Assembly: GCA_001567105.1 (NCBI GenBank)
Contig: LMZR01000072.1
Coordinates: 25,576-89,575 of the forward strand
Length of the DNA stretch: 64,000 nt
Source of the DNA: Chloroflexi bacterium OLB14
GTDB taxonomy: Bacteria > Chloroflexota > Anaerolineae > Anaerolineales > Villigracilaceae
Reading direction: 5' to 3'
Part shown: positions 1 to 8,678 of the stretch, in pieces
Position numbering within the stretch: position 1 is the stretch's first letter
How the letters are laid out: every line of letters starts with the position of its first letter
Notes under the pieces: generated by a model
The model's input: only the letters and a program-made list of their open reading frames with translations
Database searches by the model: none
What the model was told of the DNA's origin: nothing
Position numbers and translations under genes: made by a program

Positions 1-63
1 AATTGGATTTGCCCATTCTTAAAACGAGCCGCTTCAATAATGCCATCAATTTTCTTTGCCATA
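1..63 (-). CDS. hypothetical protein, N-terminal fragment (gene runs off window start)
   Basis: ATG at 61-63 on minus strand preceded by AAAGGA; reads MAKKIDGIIEAARFKNGQIQ and stays open to the edge. Confidence 0.3.
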
Positions 64-154
64 GTTTTTTCCTTTGCCTAATTTTAACACAAGCCTTAAA
101 CGAAAAAGACACAATCACGAAAATGCAATTTCATGAGGTGTGTCTTTAATTCAG

Positions 155-229
155 TCGGGGCGAAAGGATTCGAACCTTCGACCTCTTGCTCCCAAAGCAA
201 GCGCGCTAGCCGGACTGCGCCACGCCCCG
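155..229 (-). tRNA. tRNA-Pro (anticodon UGG)
   Basis: Minus-strand read CGGGGCGTGGCGCAGTCCGGCTAGCGCGCTTGCTTTGGGAGCAAGAGGTCGAAGGTTCGAATCCTTTCGCCCCGA. 7-bp acceptor stem CGGGGCG/CGCCCCG, anticodon stem CTTGC/GCAAG with loop TTTGGGA, T-loop GGTTCGAATCC. No encoded CCA. Confidence 0.9.
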
Positions 230-257
230 ATATTTCACTTCTAGCCCGCCGAGTATA

Positions 258-1148
258 ATGCGAAGCATGAATATACGTCAAGCCATTTTTTCACTGATAT
301 TTCTTACGCCTCTACTCTTAACCTCTGCTTGTTCCTCTCCATCAGCAGCGACATTACCCCCAACTGCTACTTCACCAGCTCCTACAGCCACTGCTACATT
401 TACGCCTAGCCCAATTCCACCAACGCCAACTGCCACTTCATTAACTTGCTTAACACAAGCTGGCGAAATAAAACAAGACGTTGTTTCAACAACCAACCCG
501 CCACAAGAGTTTTTAATTTATCTTCCCCCTTGTTATCATGAATTAACTGAACATAAGTACCCAGTTTTATATTTACTGCATGGGCAAACCTACACACAAG
601 ACCAATGGGTGAAATTAGGCATACCTCAAATTGCCGATACATTAATTCACTCAAACCAAAGCATCCCATTTATCATCGTCTTCCCTGATGATAGATTTTG
701 GAATTTGCCGTCGGGTGCGAGCTTTGGGGATAGATTAATCAACTCATTAATTCCATATATTGATGCAACATATCGAACACTAACAGATAAGCAATATCGC
801 TCGTTAGGTGGTTTATCTCGTGGTGGCGGCTGGACAATTCAACTCGGCTTGCAATACCCAAACCTATTTGGCTCATTAGGTTTACATTCCCCTGCTATTT
901 TCAAAGAAAACGCATCCTCATTAGAAAAACTGATCAACAATATCCCCGAAGCGTTCCGCCCGCGCTTGTGGTTAGATGCAGGTGATAATGACAGAGAATT
1001 AGAAAGTATTTTAGTATTTGAAGAAATTTTAACGCGCAACAATTATTTACATGAATCTCATTTTTATACAGGCGACCATTCTGAATCTTATTGGTCTGCT
1101 CATTTAGAAGAATATTTAAGATGGTATATAAGCATTTGGAATCCATAA
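258..1148 (+). CDS. putative esterase family lipoprotein (enterochelin-esterase-like alpha/beta hydrolase)
   Basis: Lipobox LLTSAC, Pro/Thr-rich linker, LYLLHGQ and GGLSRGGGW nucleophile-elbow motifs. Confidence 0.7.
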   Translation: MRSMNIRQAIFSLIFLTPLLLTSACSSPSAATLPPTATSPAPTATATFTPSPIPPTPTATSLTCLTQAGEIKQDVVSTTNPPQEFLIYLPPCYHELTEHKYPVLYLLHGQTYTQDQWVKLGIPQIADTLIHSNQSIPFIIVFPDDRFWNLPSGASFGDRLINSLIPYIDATYRTLTDKQYRSLGGLSRGGGWTIQLGLQYPNLFGSLGLHSPAIFKENASSLEKLINNIPEAFRPRLWLDAGDNDRELESILVFEEILTRNNYLHESHFYTGDHSESYWSAHLEEYLRWYISIWNP

Positions 1149-1234
1149 ATACATCTTTAATCTGACTTCGTTATAATAGACCTTACTTGTCACACCCTTA
1201 TGAGAGGGTGTGATATTAATGAATAGGAGATGTA

Positions 1235-2210
1235 ATGAATATTTTTTGTAACAGGCGGAGCAGGGTATATTGGCTCTGCCACAGCGGAAGCATTAATCAA
1301 TGCAGGGCATAAAGTAACAGTGTACGACTCGCTGGTGACAGGTCACCAACAGGCACTCCCTAAAGAAGCAGAATTTATTCACGCTTCGTTAGATGATAGC
1401 CACGCATTAGCAGAATCTTTAACCTCAAAAAAATATGATGCCATTATGCACTTTGCGGCATTTATTGAAGCAGGCGAAAGTATGAAAGAGCCTGGGAAAT
1501 TTTTCAGAAATAATTTTGTAAATTCATTAAGCCTAATTGAAACAGCAGTTAAAGCAGGCATAAAAAAATTTGTATTTTCATCTACAGCGGCTGTGTACCA
1601 ATCTAGTGATGAGCCATTAACAGAAGAAGCACCTCTTGGACCAACGAATGTTTATGGTCATACTAAATTAATGACTGAACAAACGTTAGAATGGTACCGA
1701 AGCATTCATGGTTTGCATTTTGCGGCACTGAGATATTTTAATGCTTGTGGCGCGTTGCCCGGTCGAGGGGAGGCGCATCAACCCGAATCGCATTTGATTC
1801 CGCGCATTTTGCAAATTGCATTAGGGCAAGCAGAATCGGCAACCATTTACGGCACAGATTACCCAACGCCTGATGGCACTTGCATTCGCGATTATATTCA
1901 CATTGCCGATTTAGTCTCTGCACATATATTGGCTTTGAATGCGTTAAATACGAAAGATAAATTAATATATAACGTGGGAAGTGGAAATGGCTTTTCGGTT
2001 CGAGATGTAATTGAAACTGCCCGCCGAATTACACAGCACCCTATCCCCAGCTTAGACGCTCCGCGCCGGCCGGGTGATTCTGCTCGTTTGGTGGCATCAC
2101 CAAAGAAGATTATGAGTGAATTGGGTTGGAATCCAAAATTTACAAATTTGGATGATATTCTTTCAAGCGCGTGGGAATGGCATAAAAATAACCCGAAAGG
2201 TTATGAGTAG
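1235..2210 (+). CDS. galE: UDP-glucose 4-epimerase, 5' end disrupted by a +1 frameshift in a T6 run
   Basis: AGGAGA RBS then ATG at 1235. The Rossmann motif FVTGGAGYIGS is read only after dropping one T from 1242-1247. The rest (YxxxK, GalE-like C-terminus) is intact. Confidence 0.85.
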
Positions 2211-2482
2211 AGCAAAATGATATTTTGCTCTACTCTATAATAGAGTGCTTCCATCTTTTCTACTTCTTCTTTTGCTTCTGCCAAGCCAACGTTGAAAATT
2301 TCACGGTAGATTCTTATGGCTTCAATTTTATTTCCTTTTTTTATTAAATCAATAATTTCTTTGTTTTTTGCTTCAGGTGTATTAGAGTATTCGATGTGCA
2401 AATGATCGTAGATGAATTTTAGACGATCTTCTAATTCTGCAACACGGGCGCGAAGTTGAATTAAATCAATTTCTGTAGACAT
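2201..2482 (-). CDS. small protein with ribosomal L7/L12 C-terminal-like domain
   Basis: KKGNKIEAIRIYREIFNVGLAEAKEEVE resembles the L7/L12 CTD; N-terminal coiled coil. Confidence 0.4.
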   Translation of the reverse strand: MSTEIDLIQLRARVAELEDRLKFIYDHLHIEYSNTPEAKNKEIIDLIKKGNKIEAIRIYREIFNVGLAEAKEEVEKMEALYYRVEQNIILLYS

Positions 2483-2546
2483 ATTGTTATCCTTTTGTTA
2501 TTTAATTTGAACTACACATTGTTGTATGTAGTTTATACACTGTAGA

Positions 2547-3176
2547 TTATTTTTCACATCTAAATCTGGCTAGTGCTTCATCAAATAAAGGGCGGGCAGA
2601 TTCGGTATTAGGTAGATAAACTTTCCAAGCAAAGACTCTGTCGCCACAAGTCCAAGCGGCGGCGCCACCAAAGGGTAAATTAGGGCTGGCAATTGTGGTG
2701 ATTGTGTCATACATGACGTTCATATCACGTACTAGGAATACATCTTCAGCGCCGGAGGCAGTATCCACTTGGTCGTCTAGGATGGTATCTAGTAGAAACT
2801 TGGGGTCTGAACTGCCTGGGGCAACTTGCCACATGGCTTGAATAAATAAATTTCCGTTGAAGGCGGCTAATACACCTTGTGTGTAGGTGTTTGGTGCGGC
2901 GGGGTTTTGTTGAGCAGAGACATCAAAAAATGAAACGTCAATAGGGTGACCAATGCAAAATTGATATTCGCAAAATAAACCTGCTAAATTAAATGGTGTG
3001 GGGGATGGGTAGGTTGTAGGTGTTGGTGGGGTGGTAGGTAGCGGTAGGGCGGCAATGGTTGCGGCAACTGCTTGTTGAATCTGTTGGTCGGGGCTGATGG
3101 TGGGTATCAGCGAGCAGGAGGTTAGTTGAAACAGAATCAGGCTGAAGGTCAGTAAAAGAGGCGTTTTGTTTTTCAT
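2547..3176 (-). CDS. hypothetical lipoprotein
   Basis: Signal peptide plus lipobox LTSC and a Pro/Thr linker; no family recognised. Confidence 0.5.
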   Translation of the reverse strand: MKNKTPLLLTFSLILFQLTSCSLIPTISPDQQIQQAVAATIAALPLPTTPPTPTTYPSPTPFNLAGLFCEYQFCIGHPIDVSFFDVSAQQNPAAPNTYTQGVLAAFNGNLFIQAMWQVAPGSSDPKFLLDTILDDQVDTASGAEDVFLVRDMNVMYDTITTIASPNLPFGGAAAWTCGDRVFAWKVYLPNTESARPLFDEALARFRCEK

Positions 3177-3183
3177 CTTGAAA

Positions 3184-4440
3184 TTATAGCAAATCTAGAA
3201 AAATAAAGGCTAATATTCCAGCAAATATGGACATGGACATGCCCCAGAGTAATAAGTGCCTAAAGATGATGGATTTGTTTATTGTGTTTGGTAGTGCGGC
3301 AAGGCATAATGCGCCAAGTGTGGAGAGTGGGCTGACATCTACTAAGTGTGAGCCGAGGTTAACTGCTACGACCATTTCGGCTAAATTGTTACTGCCAATT
3401 CTTTCCATTAGTTCTGGTAATAGTGGGATGAATGTTGGCATAACTACACCCGATGAACTGCTGTACATTGAGATGAGGCCAGTGGTGAAGGCTAGCATAC
3501 CGTTGATGGTTTGGGCGGATGAGTAGGAAGCTAGGATGTTTGTTGCTAAATCTAAACCGCCTGTGGTTTCTAGTAAGCCAACTAAAACGCTGATGCCTGC
3601 TACTAATGATATGATGCCCCAGGGGAGTTGCTGTAAGCCTTTATCTGCATTGCCAATTTTGAATAAGCCTAGTAAGCCTGCAATGACAAATGTGCCAACT
3701 GTGATGGAAACTTGGAAAATAATTACGCTGATGATTAATACAAAGATAGCAATTAAGGTGGTGATTTGCTGTGCGTTGAATTTTTCATTGGCGGGTTGTG
3801 TTTTTGTTTGGCTGGTAGGGTGTGTTTGTTTAATACGATAACCGCCAAATATAAAATAAGCTAATAATGCACTGATGGATTGTAGCCCTGCGACGAGGAA
3901 GAAGATTTGTAAGGTAACTTTTTGGTCTGTGATTCCAATTTCGTTCATTAGCCCGGTGTTGATGATGCCTGTTAATGCAAAGGGTGAAAATGTGCCTGCG
4001 TTGGCTCCGGTGCAAATCATTATTGCCATGACGAGAGGATTAAGGCCTGAATTAATTGCAACGATCATACCAATAGGGGCTATGAGGGCAACGGATGCGA
4101 TGTTGCCTGGTCCAATGGCAGAAAATATGAAAGTTAGTAAGAAGAAAAGGATGGGCAGAAATGTTGGGCGACCACGAACTAGGCGCATTGCTAAATTTGT
4201 GAGTTTATCGAGTGTGCCGTTTTCGTGGGCTATTTCAAATAGCAAGGTTACGCCGACAAGGGTTAATACAAGTTGCTCTGGTAGATATGTTGAAATTTCG
4301 CTGACACTTAAATTAGCAAAATATACGCCAATTACATAAGCAAATGCTATAGATAGTAAGCCAGTGTTCAGATCAGTACGGATAGCTGAGATGATAATAA
4401 CAATAATTAGTGCTAGAAGTGTGATGATATCTAAAGACAT
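3184..4440 (-). CDS. SLC13/CitMHS-type anion permease (ArsB/NhaD superfamily)
   Basis: 418 aa, about 10-12 TM helices, internal repeat topology typical of the family. Confidence 0.65.
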   Translation of the reverse strand: MSLDIITLLALIIVIIISAIRTDLNTGLLSIAFAYVIGVYFANLSVSEISTYLPEQLVLTLVGVTLLFEIAHENGTLDKLTNLAMRLVRGRPTFLPILFFLLTFIFSAIGPGNIASVALIAPIGMIVAINSGLNPLVMAIMICTGANAGTFSPFALTGIINTGLMNEIGITDQKVTLQIFFLVAGLQSISALLAYFIFGGYRIKQTHPTSQTKTQPANEKFNAQQITTLIAIFVLIISVIIFQVSITVGTFVIAGLLGLFKIGNADKGLQQLPWGIISLVAGISVLVGLLETTGGLDLATNILASYSSAQTINGMLAFTTGLISMYSSSSGVVMPTFIPLLPELMERIGSNNLAEMVVAVNLGSHLVDVSPLSTLGALCLAALPNTINKSIIFRHLLLWGMSMSIFAGILAFIFLDLL

Positions 4441-4475
4441 AAGTTGAAAAAATTATAACATTTTGACTATTTCTG

Positions 4476-4507
4476 AAAAAGGTTCACTCAATTGAGTGAA
4501 CCTTTTT
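4476..4507 (-). terminator. rho-independent terminator downstream of nirK
   Basis: AAAAAGGTTCACTCA/TGAGTGAACCTTTTT hairpin with flanking A and T runs. Confidence 0.65.
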
Positions 4508-4566
4508 GTTTCTGAGTTGGGAAGTTTACTTCCGTATTTTGCCAGTGGATGGGTTAATTCTTCTTC

Positions 4567-5787
4567 TTAGTGCCCGCCACCTGATTGAATGTCGCCGTTG
4601 TAAATTTCTAGGTCTGCTTCGCCTGTTACTTTTAGCACACCCCACGCGCCACGATCAACTCGGGCGAGGGCGTGGTCAACGAGGACGTAGTTACCTGGGT
4701 AATCTACTGTGAATTCAACCATTACTGCGCCACCAGCGGGGACTAATGTGGTTTGTAAACCTTCGGCAGGTGTGGTGACTAAATCGCCTTCACGATAGAC
4801 GCGGTCAAAAATTTCGCCGATGACGTGGAAACTTGAAACCAAATTCACGCCGCCATTACCAACATACATGCGCACGGTGTCGCCAACTTCGGCTTCCATA
4901 TTAGTTGTCAATGCGCCAGTTTTGCCATTGAAGATGACGTATTGTGGAATGCCGTCAAGATAGGCTTGTGTGTCGAAAAGTTGCAAGCCTTTTCTACCTA
5001 GTGCGCCTTCGGTGTAGTATTCGCCTTGCATAACATAAAATTCTTTATCAACAGGTGGCAAGCCGCCTTCAGGTTCAACGAGGATCAACCCGTACATGCC
5101 GTGTGTCATGTGTAAGCCTGGGTTACCAAAAGCACAGTGATAAACATATAAACCTGGGCTCAACAACTTAAAGGTCATTGATTTTGTTTCTCCAGGTGCC
5201 ACAATAGTTGCCGCCGCGCCTCCACCTGGACCTGTGACTGCGTGAAAATCTACGTTGTGTGGGTGCAGGCTGGTTGGGTCGTTGCTGATGTTCAAAAGAA
5301 CAGTATCACCAATTTTTCCACGAATAAATGGACCTGGAATAGTGTTATCAAACGTCCACACATTCATGGTTACACCTGGGGCAATTTCGGTAATTACTTC
5401 AGTCGTAGTCAAATTTAGTTCAATCATGCCGTCTTTGCCATACACTACGGATGCAGGCACATCATTTGGGTCACGTGAAATGTCATCTACGGTGGCGAAG
5501 TTCTTGAAATTTGTGAAGAAGTTGAAAACATTTTCAAACGGCAGATCTGGTTTTTCGCCTGGTCCGTAAGATGTCAATGAAGCGGGGTAAGCCAACGCAT
5601 TGGGCGTTCCATTGGGAATATAAAATGCAACCGAAACACCGATAAACATAATCATCAACGCGGCTGTGATTTTTTTGGAGTGAAATTGTCTCAACACCAA
5701 AAAGAGAAAGATTGCGGCAAATACATAAGCAATGGCTAAACCAAATACTTCTACAATGTATTGCCAGAGATATGAAAAGATTTCCAT
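4567..5787 (-). CDS. nirK: copper-containing nitrite reductase, membrane-anchored
   Basis: HNVDFHAVTGPGGGAA and YVYHCAFGNPGLHMTHGMYG (type 1 and type 2 Cu ligands); two N-terminal TM helices. Confidence 0.9.
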   Translation of the reverse strand: MEIFSYLWQYIVEVFGLAIAYVFAAIFLFLVLRQFHSKKITAALMIMFIGVSVAFYIPNGTPNALAYPASLTSYGPGEKPDLPFENVFNFFTNFKNFATVDDISRDPNDVPASVVYGKDGMIELNLTTTEVITEIAPGVTMNVWTFDNTIPGPFIRGKIGDTVLLNISNDPTSLHPHNVDFHAVTGPGGGAAATIVAPGETKSMTFKLLSPGLYVYHCAFGNPGLHMTHGMYGLILVEPEGGLPPVDKEFYVMQGEYYTEGALGRKGLQLFDTQAYLDGIPQYVIFNGKTGALTTNMEAEVGDTVRMYVGNGGVNLVSSFHVIGEIFDRVYREGDLVTTPAEGLQTTLVPAGGAVMVEFTVDYPGNYVLVDHALARVDRGAWGVLKVTGEADLEIYNGDIQSGGGH

Positions 5788-5805
5788 GATATTTTTTCCT
5801 TTTAT

Positions 5806-6024
5806 TTATTCTTGTTTTTTTGTTCCAACATCGTTTAATTTTTTTAGAAATTCATCTAAATTCAAGTGATAAATTTCTGCAACGTCACTTATTCTGCAAA
5901 ACTTTTGCAAATAGCATCCTACACATTGTGTATGATGTTTAATAAACACTAACGAAGTTCTTGGCTTTCGCTTCAGTGTTTCGTCAACCGTCCACTGGGT
6001 TTGAATTTCAATATCTTCATCCAT
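5806..6024 (-). CDS. DUF1858 / redox-disulfide domain protein (ScdA N-terminal-like)
   Basis: TVDETLKRKPRTSLVFIKHHTQCVGC motif. Start re-called to MDEDIEIQ (ATG at 6024) because the upstream extension covers the promoter and FNR-type box. Confidence 0.55.
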   Translation of the reverse strand: MDEDIEIQTQWTVDETLKRKPRTSLVFIKHHTQCVGCYLQKFCRISDVAEIYHLNLDEFLKKLNDVGTKKQE

Positions 6025-6058
6025 GCACAATATATACACAGAGATGGATTTCTTTTCT

Positions 6059-6072
6059 TTGCTTAAGCGCAA
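6059..6072 (-). promoter_or_regulatory. FNR/Dnr-type box TTGCGCTTAAGCAA upstream of the DUF1858-nirK operon
   Basis: TTGC-N6-GCAA dyad. Its centre lies about 29 nt upstream of a TATATA -10 hexamer, which is class II spacing of about -41.5. Confidence 0.4.
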
Positions 6073-6097
6073 ATAAAGACTGGATTTAATTATTTTT

Positions 6098-6793
6098 TTA
6101 AGATTGATCTATGCCTTCGGATATTTCTACTAACTTGTGCGGGTCGCGCATCACGATTCGCTCTCTGCCTGTTTCAATCCACCCCCGCCTTTCCCACTCT
6201 GACAATGTTCTGCTAACCGTGTAAATGGTGCTACCAGAGGCTTCAGCAATATCTTGTTGCGAGAGGGGCAGTTCAATGCTTCCGCCAGTTTTAATTCCAA
6301 TTTGAGAAGCCAAGCGTAAGATAGTTAAAGCGAGGCGCCGTTCTACTTTTTCAGTTGCCAATTCACGGTAGCGATTTTGCATTTCTTGAATGTAGTTCGT
6401 CATTAAGTGCATTAATCCCATATTCAAATACGGGCGAGTTGGTATCATTTCTTGAAGTAGTTTGCTTTCAATTGCCAGTGCTGAACTTGATTCTAAAGCC
6501 TGAGCGGCGACAGGGTAGGTGGCATCTGGGCGAACAGCACCTAATGCGGCGAACATTTCCCATTGCTTAATTGTGCGTAAATTAACTTGCTGTCCTGCGG
6601 GGTTCGATTGCATTAATTTCACTCTACCTGTAACCAGAACATACGCGTATCTTGCCGAGTCACCTTGAAAAAAGAAAAATCCATCCTCTTCAATAGAGCG
6701 CAGGATAGATTTTTCAACAATAAAGTTTAAATCGTCAAGCGGCGCATCTTTGAATACATCCACTTGATATAAATCTGCTGGGTTTATGACCAT
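6098..6793 (-). CDS. Crp/Fnr family transcriptional regulator
   Basis: cNMP-binding-like beta-barrel followed by a C-terminal HTH (ASGSTIYTVSRTLSEWE). Confidence 0.85.
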   Translation of the reverse strand: MVINPADLYQVDVFKDAPLDDLNFIVEKSILRSIEEDGFFFFQGDSARYAYVLVTGRVKLMQSNPAGQQVNLRTIKQWEMFAALGAVRPDATYPVAAQALESSSALAIESKLLQEMIPTRPYLNMGLMHLMTNYIQEMQNRYRELATEKVERRLALTILRLASQIGIKTGGSIELPLSQQDIAEASGSTIYTVSRTLSEWERRGWIETGRERIVMRDPHKLVEISEGIDQS

Positions 6794-6860
6794 ATAATAT
6801 ATTTTACCTTGAACAGAAATAACTGGCGAACATTAAAGTTCAGAGTTATTAATATCTTAC

Positions 6861-6889
6861 TTGACAAAGTAGGTGATATTGATTACTAT
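6861..6889 (+). promoter_or_regulatory. sigma70-type promoter of the csoR-cop operon
   Basis: TTGACA, 17 nt spacer, TACTAT. Confidence 0.55.
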
Positions 6890-6900
6890 CTCGTAATCCC

Positions 6901-6920
6901 TACCCCTATGGGGGGGGGTA
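6901..6920 (+). promoter_or_regulatory. CsoR-type operator TACCCCTAT(G9)TA
   Basis: C-tract/G-tract pseudo-palindrome TACCCC..GGGGTA immediately downstream of the -10 hexamer, of the type bound by CsoR repressors. Confidence 0.5.
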
Positions 6921-6961
6921 AGAGAATTGAAGATAACTTGCTCTAAACTCATGAGGTAAAG

Positions 6962-7231
6962 ATGGATAACCAAAACACACTCCGAAGACTGAAAACAGCC
7001 GAAGGTCATTTAAGAGGCGTAATTCGCATGGTAGAAGAAGACGCTTATTGCATTGACGTGATTCGCCAAATCCAAGCCATTGAGGCGGCGTTGAACAAGG
7101 TCAGCGCACAGATTTTGGAAAATCATTTGAATTCGTGTGTTATTACGGCTGTACAAGGGAACGACAAGAAAGAACGCCAGCGTGTGTTGAAAGAAATTAC
7201 CGAAGTGTTTGAAATGTCGAATAAGGTCTAA
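6962..7231 (+). CDS. csoR: copper-sensing repressor, CsoR/RcnR family
   Basis: AEGHLRGVIRMVEED, with the Cys-His-Cys ligand pattern (YCIDV ... HLNSC). Confidence 0.85.
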   Translation: MDNQNTLRRLKTAEGHLRGVIRMVEEDAYCIDVIRQIQAIEAALNKVSAQILENHLNSCVITAVQGNDKKERQRVLKEITEVFEMSNKV

Positions 7232-7238
7232 GTAGTTC

Positions 7239-7284
7239 GGTGGTCGAGTAGACATGAGCGAAGCGAATGGCGTATCGAGACCAC
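7239..7284. repeat. REP-like element, family GGTCTCGATAYGCC...GGCTACTCGACC (inverted copy)
   Basis: Related copies at 25521-25563 and 40521-40565. Confidence 0.6.
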
Positions 7285-7314
7285 GATTAATAAAAATCTT
7301 TTGGAGTTCAATTA

Positions 7315-7740
7315 ATGCTTTACAAGAAAATATTTTTAGCAATATCCCTTTTATTTCTTTCAGCATGTGGAGCCAGCAATACAGTCCCTGCTACTGAAAT
7401 CACAATAGACATGAACGAATTTTTGTACACACCTGCTGAGATTACAATTCCAGTCAACCAGCCTGTTGTTTTGACTTTAATTAACAGTGGCGCACAAGAA
7501 CATGATTTTGTAGTTGAAACAATCCCTGTGACAAATGTGCAAGCACAGCATGAATCATCTGGGCAACATCACATGACAGGTAACGCCGCAGAATATGATT
7601 TGCATGTTTCTGTTGGCGCAAATGGTACCAATACATTAAGTTTTATCGCCACACAAGCAGGTACTTATAAAATCTTTTGCTCGGTACAAGGTCACGAAGT
7701 AGCAGGCATGGTTGGGGAATTGGTGGTGACTTCACAATAA
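7315..7740 (+). CDS. cupredoxin-fold lipoprotein 1 (type 1 Cu site; His-rich loop)
   Basis: Lipobox LSAC; ligand set HDF ... C-x4-H-x4-M (FCSVQGHEVAGM); loop QHESSGQHHM. Confidence 0.75.
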   Translation: MLYKKIFLAISLLFLSACGASNTVPATEITIDMNEFLYTPAEITIPVNQPVVLTLINSGAQEHDFVVETIPVTNVQAQHESSGQHHMTGNAAEYDLHVSVGANGTNTLSFIATQAGTYKIFCSVQGHEVAGMVGELVVTSQ

Positions 7741-7764
7741 ATCAAAAAATAAGGAGATTGAAGA

Positions 7765-8190
7765 ATGCCATTAAAAAAAACACTTTTACTTATATCCATA
7801 TTAATGCTTTCGGCTTGTAGCACAAATAAAGCATCCCCTGTTAACCAAGCCACGATTGAGATTGTAGAATTTTCATATACACCTTCATCTATTACTATCC
7901 CAGTCAATCAGCCTGTGGATTTCACCATCATTAATCATGGCACACAGACTCATAACTTCGTCATTGAAAAAATTGCACTCGAAAATTTAGAAATTGGAGG
8001 AGACATTGCGAATCAGGAATACTTAACAGGTGACGTTTCAAAATATGACTTACAAGTTTCTACCATTGCTGGCGGAACAAGCACTTTACACTTCATGGCT
8101 ACTGAACCTGGTGAATATAAAATATTCTGCACTGTGCAAGGACATGAAACCGCAGGCATGGTTGGTAAATTGATTGTCGTATCACAATAA
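7765..8190 (+). CDS. cupredoxin-fold lipoprotein 2 (tandem paralogue)
   Basis: Lipobox LSAC; HNF ... FCTVQGHETAGM; about half the residues are identical to the upstream paralogue. Confidence 0.75.
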   Translation: MPLKKTLLLISILMLSACSTNKASPVNQATIEIVEFSYTPSSITIPVNQPVDFTIINHGTQTHNFVIEKIALENLEIGGDIANQEYLTGDVSKYDLQVSTIAGGTSTLHFMATEPGEYKIFCTVQGHETAGMVGKLIVVSQ

Positions 8191-8216
8191 ATATATATTC
8201 AAGGAGAAAAAATAAA

Positions 8217-8435
8217 ATGACTACCGTAACTTATACCGTCCCCGCAATTTCTTGCGGGCATTGCACCCACACCATCGAAACAGAAGTTGGTGAACTCGCA
8301 GGCGTGCAATCTGTAAAAGCAAATGCTGATACAAAGAAAGTAGAAATCACTTTCGATGCACCAGCCAGCGAACAATCTATCAAAGCCTTACTTGCGGAAA
8401 TTAATTACCCCGCCGAAGGTTTGATTACTTTATAA
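8217..8435 (+). CDS. copZ: copper chaperone CopZ (HMA domain)
   Basis: 72 aa with a CGHC metal-binding motif. Confidence 0.85.
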   Translation: MTTVTYTVPAISCGHCTHTIETEVGELAGVQSVKANADTKKVEITFDAPASEQSIKALLAEINYPAEGLITL

Positions 8436-8442
8436 AATTATT

Positions 8443-8665
8443 AAACACAAAGGACACGAAGTACACAAAGTTTTAATTATTTAACTTTAATTCAGCTACT
8501 TAGATTAAAAACTATTGTAAATAATGGTTAAAACTTTTTAGCCACGAATTACGCGGATTTTCGCTAATTGATTAAAAAATTCGCGTGCATTAGCGAAATT
8601 CGCGGCAATGCTCTTAATGTTAGCAATTTAAATTAACCTTAGTGACCTTTGTGTCCTTCGTGTTT
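8443..8665. mobile_element. MITE-like non-coding element between copZ and copA
   Basis: About 28-bp imperfect terminal inverted repeats (AAACACAAAGGACACGAAG... / ...CTTCGTGTCCTTTGTG-type). The internal CACGAATTACGCGGATTTTCGCTAATT ... ATTAGCGAAATTCGCG module recurs at 38948-39017 and 51091-51246. Confidence 0.5.
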
Positions 8666-8678
8666 GAAAAGGTTTTAA

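Noticed and set aside
96-281. 61-aa minus-strand ORF
   Set aside because: It is laid directly over tRNA-Pro and the esterase start; the translation is tRNA sequence read as protein.
3227-4339. Plus-strand ORFs (99, 101 and 154 aa) inside the permease gene, and similar antisense ORFs inside nirK, copA, lpd, E1 and ccmF
   Set aside because: They are antisense shadows of well-supported genes, with no independent signals.
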